Shown: positions 1 through 9,650 of the stretch, in pieces
Position numbering within the stretch: position 1 is the first letter of the stretch
Layout of the letters: every line of letters begins with the position of its first letter
Source of the DNA: an uncultured Clostridia bacterium
GTDB taxonomy: Bacteria; Bacillota; Clostridia; TANB77; CAG-508
Length of the DNA stretch: 64,000 bases
Direction: 5' to 3'
Assembly: GCA_947625645.1 (NCBI GenBank)
Contig: CANQPE010000003.1
Coordinates: 14,916-78,915, forward strand
Made by a program: the position numbers and the translations under genes
The notes under the pieces: generated by a model
What the model saw: the letters and a program-made list of their open reading frames with translations, nothing else
Told to the model about the DNA's origin: nothing
The model's database searches: none

Positions 1-15
1 AAATATGGTACTTTT

Positions 16-1068
16 CTAGGTCACCTCATACAAATAGGCGTAATCTTGTAACATGACATACAAATTACTTTTTCGATTTTTGCAAACTTCATAATGCACA
101 ATATGCTTTTGATTTTGCTGTGCTACATGAATGAAATCTTCTAATGTTTGTAACCTTAGCACCTGTAATTGCGCTACATTTGGCTCATTCGTTACAGTAA
201 CTAACCACTCTCCATATTCCTGTTTTATTTGTTTCATCTGGTATTGATATCTTTCTTCTGGCGTCATCTGTTGTTTTTTAATTTTCATTCTTTTTGCTGT
301 TACTATCATAGCAACCATCCAACAAGTAACAGCTAGGCCTATATAGATTATCGCACTTTTAGGTATATTTTCTGTTGTTGGCATCATTTGTACCGTATTT
401 TCTTTTTCATCACTTTCTTTCACTTCTGTCACTGTACGATTGATTGGAATTTCCACTTCTACCATGTCTTCTATCGGCTTTGCATCTACAATTAAACTAT
501 CATACGTAATACGCAAATGCACCTTCAAAACCGCATCAATTGTAATGCCATAAGCTTGCTCATATGAAGACACCAAATCGTAATATTCTTGATAATTTAT
601 GCTAACTGTCTCTGCAATAGAAACCGCTTGTGCCGCTTCTTGTTGCTTCATTTGTGGTTCTAAAAGAGGAAACGGCTTTCTCCATACCTCTTTTCCTTCT
701 TCATATGTTACAACTGTTCCTATCAATGCTGCTTCTACATCATAGTGATATTTCAAATCCATTTTTTGATTTCCTTGCATGTCATACTGAAAATGAATCA
801 AAATTTGGTGAATGGATTGAGATGCATAATACCCACCCTCTGGCAAATTTTCTGTTTCATAAAATGGGTTTGCCTTTACCATAACGTCATAATGATTGCT
901 TTTTTGTGTTGTATACGTATACATTGGTGTTACAGTATTTTGAGCATGGATGGCACATGCTGCAAACACACCTCCCATTACCATGAAAAATGTAACCACC
1001 AAAATGGTAATGGTATCTTTTTTTTGAAAGCGCCTTGTTTGGTGCCTTCGTATTTTTTTATTTTTCAC
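16..1068 (-). CDS. Membrane-anchored protein of unknown function; last gene of the SipW/TasA-like cluster
   Basis: 350-aa ORF. It has a basic N-terminus followed by a hydrophobic helix (ITILVVTFFMVMGGVFAACAI) and a second helix (AIIYIGLAVTCWMVAMIVTA). It lies 30 nt downstream of the SipW-type peptidase gene on the same strand. No family was recognised with certainty. Confidence 0.55.
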   Translation of the reverse strand: MKNKKIRRHQTRRFQKKDTITILVVTFFMVMGGVFAACAIHAQNTVTPMYTYTTQKSNHYDVMVKANPFYETENLPEGGYYASQSIHQILIHFQYDMQGNQKMDLKYHYDVEAALIGTVVTYEEGKEVWRKPFPLLEPQMKQQEAAQAVSIAETVSINYQEYYDLVSSYEQAYGITIDAVLKVHLRITYDSLIVDAKPIEDMVEVEIPINRTVTEVKESDEKENTVQMMPTTENIPKSAIIYIGLAVTCWMVAMIVTAKRMKIKKQQMTPEERYQYQMKQIKQEYGEWLVTVTNEPNVAQLQVLRLQTLEDFIHVAQQNQKHIVHYEVCKNRKSNLYVMLQDYAYLYEVT

Positions 1069-1098
1069 CTGATTTCTTCTCCTTTCTCCTCTTGACTG

Positions 1099-2238
1099 TT
1101 ATTGTGTTTCAACTTTAATCTCGTGCGCTCGAAAATACTCATACAGCCAAACCGCAGGGAAACCTGCATATTTTGTACGAATGGCATATACCCCCTTAAT
1201 TTGTTCTATTGATACTAAATTTGTATCTGGTAAATAATTTCTATCTCCTTTGGTTCGATACTTTACCCCTTCTTTTGTTTCTATTTTTTCTACAATACGA
1301 TGTGCAATATTTTGCTCCCCTATATGATAAACAATAATGCTATTCAATGGAATTTGTTTTAATTCCTTTTCTTGCAATTTTTTGTATACTACCACATCTC
1401 CTCTATTAAATTGGGGTTCCATACTATTAGAAAGTATTGTAATCGGCTCATACTGAAAGGCACCTGCCATAAAACAGACAAAAGTCGAAGATAATAATAA
1501 GGTTATAATGAAACTTATTTTTGATTTTCGATTTTGCTTGCTCATATGCATCTCCCTTTTCGGTTTGTCAAATTTGTATTTCCACAACACATACATGCAT
1601 AAAGGAATCAAAATTCCTGTTGTCCCACTGATAAACCAATCTATATTAGGTAATTCCGGCATTCCCCATAAAACTAACTCGCAACAAATTCTATAAAACA
1701 TTACGACTTTATATGAACCTTGCAACGTCAAATACGTATAAAGGCTGTTACTTGCAATTAATGGGAGGATCGTTCCACAAATGTACTGAAAAAACAATTC
1801 TGGATATAGATATAAACTAATAAATTTATCATAACGTATTTGTACCAAAATACATACAATTGTTATCACAATTAGCCCCATTTTATTGTTTCGATTCCTA
1901 ATGACCAACACATTTCTTGCCATTTCCAATCCGATAATGGAAACTAGGTTTGCCAAAATATTTCCTTCATAGCAATTAGGACAAGTTCCCTTTATCTTGC
2001 TGATTCCTAAATACCCTATGAGTTGAAGTCCTAATATCATGGCTATATACCTAACATATTGGAATTTTCTCGTCATCCTCATATCATGATTTTTTCTATG
2101 CCATACTATATAAACAATAACCCCACTCCAAAATAAGGGATTGATACCATTCCTATATTGCATGCTGTTTCGAATGAGACATACCGCTGTTAGAAAGCTA
2201 TACCCTATCATACCTGCTAACAAAGTTTTATTTTTCAA
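1099..2238 (-). CDS. Signal peptidase I of the SipW / archaeal-ER type (S26B), fused to a ~230-aa polytopic N-terminal membrane domain
   Basis: The C-terminal ~150 aa carry S26 motifs: SNSMEPQF (Ser nucleophile), IAHRIV (His) and KGDRNYLPD. The N-terminal part is a run of hydrophobic helices. Confidence 0.75.
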   Translation of the reverse strand: MKNKTLLAGMIGYSFLTAVCLIRNSMQYRNGINPLFWSGVIVYIVWHRKNHDMRMTRKFQYVRYIAMILGLQLIGYLGISKIKGTCPNCYEGNILANLVSIIGLEMARNVLVIRNRNNKMGLIVITIVCILVQIRYDKFISLYLYPELFFQYICGTILPLIASNSLYTYLTLQGSYKVVMFYRICCELVLWGMPELPNIDWFISGTTGILIPLCMYVLWKYKFDKPKREMHMSKQNRKSKISFIITLLLSSTFVCFMAGAFQYEPITILSNSMEPQFNRGDVVVYKKLQEKELKQIPLNSIIVYHIGEQNIAHRIVEKIETKEGVKYRTKGDRNYLPDTNLVSIEQIKGVYAIRTKYAGFPAVWLYEYFRAHEIKVETQ

Positions 2239-2317
2239 CTTTTTTAGATTCCTCCTTTCTCAGACTCACAACAAATGATGACGCAAGGATATTTCGATAT
2301 CCTTGTGTCATCGTCCA

Positions 2318-2809
2318 TTATTCTGGTACATATTCTACAATTCCTGTTATGGTTCTTGTTGTAATGGTTGGCATTTGTGTTGTTGTTTCATCATACTCCA
2401 CTTTGACTAAAATGCAAGTTTCTCCTCCTGCTGCCAATTCATTTTCTGGACCTGATGTCGTATAAAGAATGGCTGGAGACCCACTTGCTTCTGGTGTAAA
2501 TTCCGCTTGCTTTAATTTTGCATTAATGGTTCCGGCATTTTTTATAGTAATTAAATACGTAATATAATCTCCTGGATTTACCAGTTTTGCATTAAATGTA
2601 ACACTCGTGTCTGTAAATTCAGGCTCTCCTGCCTCACATTCTTCACTCACATATGCTGCTGTAACATTTACTATTTTTACGTTCCATTCACTGACAATTT
2701 CAGCATTTCCATTGAATACCAATTGCGTAGCAAATGCGGAATAAGCTACTGCCATAACGAGTATCGCAATTAATACAGTATAAATGATTATCGTCCTGTT
2801 CTTTTTCAC
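2318..2809 (-). CDS. Secreted TasA/camelysin-like protein with a SipW-cognate-type signal peptide
   Basis: 163 aa. The N-terminus is MKKNRT plus a hydrophobic core ending AYSAFATQL, the AxF-type junction typical of SipW substrates. It lies directly upstream of the SipW-type peptidase. The mature part looks beta-rich. Confidence 0.5.
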   Translation of the reverse strand: MKKNRTIIIYTVLIAILVMAVAYSAFATQLVFNGNAEIVSEWNVKIVNVTAAYVSEECEAGEPEFTDTSVTFNAKLVNPGDYITYLITIKNAGTINAKLKQAEFTPEASGSPAILYTTSGPENELAAGGETCILVKVEYDETTTQMPTITTRTITGIVEYVPE

Positions 2810-2985
2810 TTTTCCCCATTCCCTTCTCTGTTACAAAACTTAGGATAAATGAATTTTATCCTATTACTATTCTATGTTTTATATTTTTTTATGTTAATTT
2901 CATATAGATTTGATTTTTTTTCTTTTTTATATTATAATGAAACAAAAGTGCATTAAAAACGATTTTGGGAGGGAATGATTTATTT

Positions 2986-3453
2986 ATGGAATATCAATTT
3001 ACATCTTCCTGTGCAGAAGATACCTTACATTTTGCCAAACAACTCGCATCTCATTTACAACCAAAAGATATTGTTGTTTTAACCGGTGAATTAGGCAGTG
3101 GAAAAACCAAATTTGTAGAAGGCGTGCTTTCATACTTTGGTCTAGAAAATATGATTTCTAGCCCTACTTTTACCATTGTCAACCAATATGATACCGCAAA
3201 CTTTCCCATCTTTCATTTTGATGTATATCGTTTGCAAGATGCTGATAGCTTTTATGAAATTGGTGGCGAAGAATATTTTGAAAAAGGTCTTTGCCTAATA
3301 GAATGGGGCGAAATCATTCAGGAAGCGCTTCCTAGAGAATATATTCACATTTTTTTTGAAAAAAAGGCTTCTCACGAAAAAATTCGTACTTTAAATATAA
3401 AAACCGTTGGAGAGCGTTTCTCTCATTATTTTGAAAGGATGATTATAAAATGA
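2986..3453 (+). CDS. tsaE: tRNA threonylcarbamoyladenosine (t6A) biosynthesis ATPase TsaE
   Basis: P-loop LTGELGSGKTKF and SPTFTIVNQY motifs. The ATG at 2986 follows GGGAGGG. The stop overlaps the tsaB start (ATGA at 3450). Confidence 0.85.
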   Translation: MEYQFTSSCAEDTLHFAKQLASHLQPKDIVVLTGELGSGKTKFVEGVLSYFGLENMISSPTFTIVNQYDTANFPIFHFDVYRLQDADSFYEIGGEEYFEKGLCLIEWGEIIQEALPREYIHIFFEKKASHEKIRTLNIKTVGERFSHYFERMIIK

Positions 3454-4595
3454 AAATTTTAAGCATTGATACTGCTAGTGATATTTGTGGTGTATCTTTG
3501 GTAGAAGATAAAAAACTACTTTGCTGTTTAGATGTTCATACTGGTCGTACACATTCTGAAAATTTAATGCCTATGATTGCAAGTGGTCTTGAAAAAACGA
3601 ACCTTTCCTTACAAGATATCGATTTAATGGTATGTGACATTGGACCGGGATCTTTTACTGGCATTCGCATTGGTATTGCGACTGTCATGGCATTCCGTGA
3701 TAGTCTTCATATTCCTTGCGTTGGCATCTCCTCTTTGGAATCTCTTTGCTACAAAGCTAACATGCTACCACATCAAGATATATCCTTTGTTTGTAGCATG
3801 ATAGATAGCAAAAATGAAAATTGCTACTTTGCTTTGTACCAATTAGAAGGAACTTCTTATTCTTGCCTTTTAAAACCTACCAGTTCCACTGTTACAGACG
3901 CTTTACAAGCCATAAAAACTAGCACAAAATCCTGTTCTTCCGCTTCTATTTTATTCATAGGAGACGGTGCTTTAGCCTATCGAAAAAACATTGCTTCTTC
4001 TTTTTCTCATTGTACAATTTTAGAAGAGCCAGAACATCATACACTAAATTCATATGCTTTAGCACTAGCTGGCCTAGAACAATACATGCGTTCCGGTGAA
4101 ACTAGCATTCTGCCTCTCTATTTAAAAAAGCCCCAAGCCCAAAGACAACTTGAAGAACGCACTCCTGTCATTTCCAAAATGCAATTAGAAGATTTAAAAA
4201 AAATTGCCGATTGTTTAGAAGCCGAATTTGATAACTTTTGGACCTATGATGTTTTGCAAAACGAACTATCTTGTGACACATCTACCTATTTCGTAGCAAA
4301 ATTAGAAAATCAAATTGTTGGATTTGCAGGCTACAAAACCATTCTAGAAGAAGCCGAACTAATGAATATTGTCGTACGTAAATCTGCCAGAGGGACTGGA
4401 ATTGCCTCTTTATTAATGAAACACATCTTCTCAGCTTTAAACTCTCAAAACATTCATACTCTCTATTTAGAAGTTGCTAGCCATAACCTACCTGCCATTC
4501 ATCTATACCAAAAATTTGGATTTATGCCAATAGGCACCCGCAAAGGATATTACCAAAACAGCGATGCCATTCTCATGCAATGCCATATCCTTTAG
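3450..4595 (+). CDS. tsaB: TsaB (t6A protein) fused in one ORF to a RimI-type GNAT N-acetyltransferase
   Basis: The N-terminal 230 aa are TsaB-like (MKILSIDTASDICGVSL, GPGSFTGIRIG). The C-terminal 150 aa are GNAT-like (NIVVRKSARGTGIASLLM, YQKFGF). There is no stop between the two parts. Confidence 0.8.
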   Translation: MKILSIDTASDICGVSLVEDKKLLCCLDVHTGRTHSENLMPMIASGLEKTNLSLQDIDLMVCDIGPGSFTGIRIGIATVMAFRDSLHIPCVGISSLESLCYKANMLPHQDISFVCSMIDSKNENCYFALYQLEGTSYSCLLKPTSSTVTDALQAIKTSTKSCSSASILFIGDGALAYRKNIASSFSHCTILEEPEHHTLNSYALALAGLEQYMRSGETSILPLYLKKPQAQRQLEERTPVISKMQLEDLKKIADCLEAEFDNFWTYDVLQNELSCDTSTYFVAKLENQIVGFAGYKTILEEAELMNIVVRKSARGTGIASLLMKHIFSALNSQNIHTLYLEVASHNLPAIHLYQKFGFMPIGTRKGYYQNSDAILMQCHIL

Positions 4596-4601
4596 AACAA
4601 A

Positions 4602-4666
4602 GGGACAAATAGGGACGGTTCTTTTTTGACCCTAAGGGTCAAAAAAGAACCGTCCCTATTTGTCCC
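4602..4666. repeat. Palindromic intergenic element, copy A (65 bp, 31-bp arms, 3-nt loop)
   Basis: Sequence: gggacaaatagggacggttcttttttgaccc-taa-gggtcaaaaaagaaccgtccctatttgtccc. It is a perfect inverted repeat and identical to copy E. It lies between convergent genes, 6 nt after the tsaB-rimI stop. Confidence 0.95.
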
Positions 4667-4686
4667 GAATTTCTACGAAAAATTCA

Positions 4687-5448
4687 TTATATATATTTTT
4701 CTATTTGCAAGATTGTTCTACCACTTCTCGTGGTACCTTTCATGTCTTTTACAATAAATCTCCCTTTCCCTCTAATTGTAATCACATCGCCTACTTTTAC
4801 ACTTTTAGAAGGTTTCGTCTCATTTTGTCCATTGATAAAAACTCGTTCCTGTGACAAAATTTCTACTGCTTTATTTCTTGACGTTTTTGCTAAGTCTGAT
4901 ACAATACTATCTAATCGAAGAGACGGAACAATAATGTCTATTTCTTCCACTTTCACTTCTGACTTTTTCAGATTGCTAATCTCATGAATCGAAATGGTAC
5001 TATTTTGAAATCTTGTTAACATACCCAGCTCTTTTGCTAATATATCTGCCACTTCCGGTTTCACGATAATATCTGCTCCGTCTTCAGCCACTATGATATC
5101 GCCTACCTTTTCACGCCTCATTCCTACTTTTACAATACCTCCCAAATAATTTCTATGGGTGTATTTGCCTTGTTCTTCTTTTCCCAATTCTATTCTAACA
5201 ATTTTCAAGGTATCATTTTCAGGTACCATTTCTGGCATATCCTTTTGAGGATAAAAAACAGCAATCTTTCTCTCTGCTTCTTCATATCCCCCATATAATA
5301 GCACATTTTCAATTTGATGTTGCACCAAAAACTTTTTGACAAGTGCTATCTGGTACATATCTAAAAAATCTGTACACTGCAACTTCGCTCTGTTTTCTGC
5401 CTGCACTACTTTATCTAAAATCTGTGCTAATACTATTTTTTCATCCAT
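4687..5448 (-). CDS. YlmH-like RNA-binding protein with a C-terminal S4 domain
   Basis: The C-terminal S4 motif is LRLDSIVSDLAKTSRNKAVEILSQERVFINGQ. The start was moved to the ATG at 5448 (RBS AGGGGGAAAG), because the longer ORF-track start reads through a palindromic element. Confidence 0.7.
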   Translation of the reverse strand: MDEKIVLAQILDKVVQAENRAKLQCTDFLDMYQIALVKKFLVQHQIENVLLYGGYEEAERKIAVFYPQKDMPEMVPENDTLKIVRIELGKEEQGKYTHRNYLGGIVKVGMRREKVGDIIVAEDGADIIVKPEVADILAKELGMLTRFQNSTISIHEISNLKKSEVKVEEIDIIVPSLRLDSIVSDLAKTSRNKAVEILSQERVFINGQNETKPSKSVKVGDVITIRGKGRFIVKDMKGTTRSGRTILQIEKYI

Positions 5449-5477
5449 GACTTTCCCCCTAATCGTTTTCAAAAATC

Positions 5478-5527
5478 TGTCCCAAATTGTCCCAAAGGGA
5501 CAAAAAAGATACGTCCCTATTTGTCCC
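5478..5527. repeat. Palindromic element, partial copy B (right arm plus a short hairpin)
   Basis: gggacaaaaaagatacgtccctatttgtccc (5497-5527) matches the right arm. The left arm is replaced by ctgtcccaaattgtccc. The element overlaps the last codons and stop of dxs. Confidence 0.85.
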
Positions 5528-7415
5528 AATATTTTGCTTCTAGTTCTTCTACACTGCCGTGTTCTATAAATGCATCTGGGTAAGCATGCGTTTCTAAATC
5601 GATATTGGCTAATTTTTCTTCTGCAATGATTTCTTTTACTGCTGTGGCTAGTCCATTCACAATGGTTCCATCTTCTATGGTAATGAGTTTTTGTGATTGC
5701 TTACTTGCTTCAATGACAGCACTTCTATCAATTGGTTTTAAAAAGCGCATATTGATAACTTGTACATTTTTGTTTTGTTCTTCTAGTTCTTTTGCTAGTT
5801 TCATTCCTTTGGCTGCTGTTTTTCCAATGGTCATGATTGTGACTTTATTTTCTTGATTTGTTTGATTTGTTTGGCTCGTCGTTTCTTGTTGTTCTTCTTG
5901 TGCTTCTGTCTCTTCTTTTTTTGGTTCAAATTCTTTGATGATTTCACATTTTCCTAGTCGTATGGTATCATGTTTTTCAAATTGAATTGTGGCATCTTCT
6001 CCTCCTCTTGGGTATCGGATGACAATTGGCTTTTTGAATTCTACGGCAAATGTTAACATGTCTTCTAGTTCTTTAAAGTCTTTTGGCGCCATAATTGTTA
6101 AGTTTGGTACCAGTCTAAAGAATGCCATATCTAACAATCCTTGATGAGTTTCCCCATCTGCGCCTACTAATCCAGCTCTATCTACACACATAACAACTGG
6201 CAAATTTTGAATGGCAACATCATGAATGACTTGGTCATAGGCTCTTTGATAAAATGATGCATAAATGGGAACCACCGGAATGAGTCCTTCTTTTGCCATC
6301 CCCGCTGCCAACGTAATGGCATGCTGTTCCGCAATTCCAATATCAAAAAAACGTTCAGGAAATCTCTTTTGAAATTCTGTCAAACCGGTTCCGTCTTTCA
6401 TAGAAGCTGTAATGGCTACAATGTTTTTATTTTTTTCTGCTAATTCTACCAATTTGTTGCCAAAAATTTTTGAGTAATCTGGACTTTTTGCTTTTTTCGG
6501 ATTTCCTGTTGCTATATCAAAAGGTCCTGTAGCATGAAATTTGTCTGGACTCTTCTCTGCAATCTCATATCCTTTTCCTTTTTTTGTAAGTACATGTATT
6601 AACACAGGTGCTTCTACTTGTTTGCTTAAACGCAAAATGTTTTCTAATTCTACAATATTATGTCCATCAACTGGTCCTAAATATGTAAAACCAATATCCT
6701 CAAAAAACATTTTGGGAATAATTAATTGTTTAATACTTCTCTTAATTCTCTGTATGATTTTGACAATTGGTTTGCCAATTGCTGGCATGTTCCAAATGAT
6801 TTTTTTAACGGAGATATTTGATTTTGTATATAATTTTTTCGTTCTCAACTTACTTAAAAATTTATTTAATCCACCAATATTAGGAGAAATGCTCATCTCA
6901 TTATCATTTAGAATGACCGTCATTTTACATTTACTATAACCTACATCATTTAATGCTTCTAGTGCCATTCCGCCTGTTAAGGCACCGTCTCCTATTACTG
7001 CAATGACAGAATGATCCTCTCCTTTTAAATCTCTTGCTCTTGCCATTCCCAATGTGGCAGAAATAGAAGTACTGCTATGTCCTGTATTAAAACAATCTGT
7101 TTCTGATTCCCTTGTCTTAGGGAACCCCGCAATTCCATTTAATTTTCGTAATGTTTTTAATGCTTCCCTCCTACCTGTCAAGATTTTATGTACATAAGTT
7201 TGATGTCCCACATCCCACACAATTTTATCTTTTGGAACATCAAAAACAGAATGTAACGCTATTGTTAATTCTACCACTCCCAAATTGGAAGCTAAATGCC
7301 CTCCATTTTCTGAAACAATCTCTAAAATATAGTTTCTAATTTCTTCCGCTAACTGCTTTTTCTCTTGTTCGTTTAATTTTTTAACATCCTCTGGTGAGTT
7401 TATTTTTTCTAACAT
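5517..7415 (-). CDS. dxs: 1-deoxy-D-xylulose-5-phosphate synthase
   Basis: 632 aa with GHSSTSISA, the GDGALTGGMALEALN ThDP motif and IAEQHA. It carries an extra E/Q/T/N-rich linker before the C-terminal domain. Confidence 0.95.
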   Translation of the reverse strand: MLEKINSPEDVKKLNEQEKKQLAEEIRNYILEIVSENGGHLASNLGVVELTIALHSVFDVPKDKIVWDVGHQTYVHKILTGRREALKTLRKLNGIAGFPKTRESETDCFNTGHSSTSISATLGMARARDLKGEDHSVIAVIGDGALTGGMALEALNDVGYSKCKMTVILNDNEMSISPNIGGLNKFLSKLRTKKLYTKSNISVKKIIWNMPAIGKPIVKIIQRIKRSIKQLIIPKMFFEDIGFTYLGPVDGHNIVELENILRLSKQVEAPVLIHVLTKKGKGYEIAEKSPDKFHATGPFDIATGNPKKAKSPDYSKIFGNKLVELAEKNKNIVAITASMKDGTGLTEFQKRFPERFFDIGIAEQHAITLAAGMAKEGLIPVVPIYASFYQRAYDQVIHDVAIQNLPVVMCVDRAGLVGADGETHQGLLDMAFFRLVPNLTIMAPKDFKELEDMLTFAVEFKKPIVIRYPRGGEDATIQFEKHDTIRLGKCEIIKEFEPKKEETEAQEEQQETTSQTNQTNQENKVTIMTIGKTAAKGMKLAKELEEQNKNVQVINMRFLKPIDRSAVIEASKQSQKLITIEDGTIVNGLATAVKEIIAEEKLANIDLETHAYPDAFIEHGSVEELEAKYWDK

Positions 7416-7526
7416 ATAACTCCCTCTTTTTACACATTTTTACTACATATCTATTGTACTATATTTTCAGCAAAATTTCAAGAGGTTCCCTTTTTTAATT
7501 CCGGAAATCGCTCTTTCCAGATTTTC

Positions 7527-7555
7527 TTGACAAATTTGTGTTCATATGATATAAG
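7527..7555 (+). promoter_or_regulatory. Sigma-A-type promoter upstream of the repeat-protein gene
   Basis: TTGACA (7527-7532), a 17-nt spacer with TG at 7547-7548, then TATAAG (7550-7555). Confidence 0.55.
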
Positions 7556-7767
7556 AAAATTAGTTCTTGGGGTAAATTTGCCCCATACCATCTGACAATA
7601 TATCCATAGAACATGATAAGATTTTGTTGTATCCATCATACAGGAAAGGAATGGTAATACATATGGATTCTATAGAAAAAAAACAAATCAAACAATTGTT
7701 GCAAAATAGGCCCGACTTAATTACAAACAGGCTTTTATATATATCATTTCCAGAAGCAAAAGCCATA

Positions 7768-9650
7768 TTAGACTTACCTTATTGGAAGGATGAAAAATTT
7801 CAACATTTACTAACACCTGCTGTCTGGGATTCCAATGCTAGAAAAATAACTGCTATCTTAAATTTAGATTACTGGAATCACCCTGAATTTCAGAGATTAT
7901 TAACACCAACCATTTTTTCATCTAATGCCACAGAAATAGACAATATTTTAACATTAGATTGCTGGAAGGATCCTAAAATTCAAAAGTTATTGACGCCTAA
8001 TATCTGGAAACGTACCGCAGCAGAAATCCAAGATATTCTAGCATTAGATGATTGGAACAATCCAGAATTCCAAAAGTTATTAACACCTAACATCTGGAAA
8101 CGTACTGCAACAGAAATACAAGATATTTTAAAATTAGATTGCTGGAAAGAACCTAAATTTCAGAAATTATTGACACCTAATATATGGAAATCAACGGCAC
8201 CTAAAATACAAGCTATCTTAAATTTAGATGCGTGGAATCACCCTAAATTCCAAAATTTATTAACACCAGTTATATGGCAACGTGATACAACAGAAATCCA
8301 AGATATTTTGAAGTTAGACTGTTGGAATCACCCTAAATTTCAAAAACTACTAACACCTAATATATGGAAATCCACAGCAACAGAAATACAAGATATTCTA
8401 GAACTCGATTACTGGAAGGAACCCAAATTTCAAGATTTATTAGCACCAACAATATGGAATTTAAATAATGCCATAGAGGATGACCTTAATGAAACTGAGG
8501 AAAATCCAATAAATGAAGATTATCCTAAAACGAAACCCTCTATTATACGGTCAAATCAAAAGTATTTTAAACTTAGACAATTGGAATGATCCTAAATTTC
8601 AAGGTCTATTAACATCAATGTTATGGCAACGTAATGCAGCAGAAATACAAGATATCCTAAATTTGGAATGTTGGAAGGATCCTAAATTTCAAAAATTATT
8701 GACACCAGTGCTATGGCTACGTAATGCAACAGAAATACAAGATATTTTAAAATTAGATTGCTGGAAAGAGCCTAAATTTGAAAAGTTATTAACACCGAAC
8801 ATCTGGAAATGTACTGCAACAGAAATACAAGATATTCTAAATTTAGATTGCTGGCATCACCCTAAATTTCAAACCTTATTGACACCAGTCATATGGCAAC
8901 GTGATACAACAGAAATCCAAGATATTTTAAAATTAGACTGTTGGAAGGATCCTAAATTCCAAGATTTACTAGTTCCTTCTATATGGCTTAGCAATGCACA
9001 AAATGTAAAAGATATTGTTAATTTAGATTGTTGGAACAACCCTGAATTTCAAAGATTATTAACGCCCTCTATATGGGCTAGCAATGCAACAGACATACAA
9101 GATATTCTAAAATTAGACTGTTGGAAGGATCCTAAATTCCAAGCTTCATTAATGCCATCTATCTGGACTAGTAGTGCACAAAATGTAAAAGATATTGTCA
9201 ATTTAGATTGTTGGAAAAACCCAAAATTTCAAAGTCTATTAACACCAATGCTATGGCAACGTAATGCAACAGAAATACAAGATATCCTAAATTTAAAATA
9301 TTGGAATGACCCTAAATTTCAAGATTTGTTAACACCTACTATATGGTCTACTAATGCAACAGAAATACAAAACATCCTCAATTTAAAATATTGGAATCAT
9401 CCAAAATTTCAAAAATTATTGTCTCCAGGCATATGGCAACGTACTGCAACAGAGGTACAAGATATCTTAAACTTAGATTACTGGGAAAACCCAAAATTCC
9501 AAGGATTATTTACCCCATCCCTATGGCAACGTAATGCAGAAGGAATCAAAGAAAAATTGGAATTAGAATATTGGGAAGATGCTAAATATAAACATTTATT
9601 GATTCCTTCCATCCTTGCCATCAGTACTAAAAATATAGAAGGAAATATAA
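7768..9650 (+). repeat. Coding tandem repeat array, 90-bp period, about 20 units
   Basis: ttagattgctgg-type unit starts recur every 90 nt (for example 7954 and 8044). The units stay in frame, and one longer linker unit lies around 8440-8560. Confidence 0.9.
8548..8550 (+). other. In-frame CGG at an ORF break (candidate +1 recoding site)
   Basis: Context: att ata CGG tca. The zero frame stops 13 codons later. The +1 frame GGT CAA ATC continues the repeat protein. Confidence 0.8.

Noticed and set aside
630-1095. Antisense or shadow ORFs inside well-supported genes, for example 630-884, 745-1095, 17158-17436, 25708-26103, 39371-39850, 41321-41947, 43601-44152 and 49311-49694
   Set aside because: They lie opposite or out of frame to genes with clear family motifs, have low-complexity composition typical of AT-rich shadow frames, and lack an RBS.
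5449-5529. N-terminal extensions of track ORFs: ylmH-like to 5529, PLC-like to 15833, dtd to 50796, spoIIIAH to 55374, spoIIIAD to 58221, trmB to 48476
   Set aside because: The extensions are translations of palindromic elements (recurring KKEPSLIVP / GQIGT peptides) or of rnpB. Each gene has an internal ATG with a good RBS that matches the homologous N-terminus.
7768-9650. The 90-bp tandem repeats as a non-coding minisatellite or CRISPR-like array
   Set aside because: All units maintain one long ORF apart from the single CGG shift, and residues are conserved at the protein level. It is a coding repeat.
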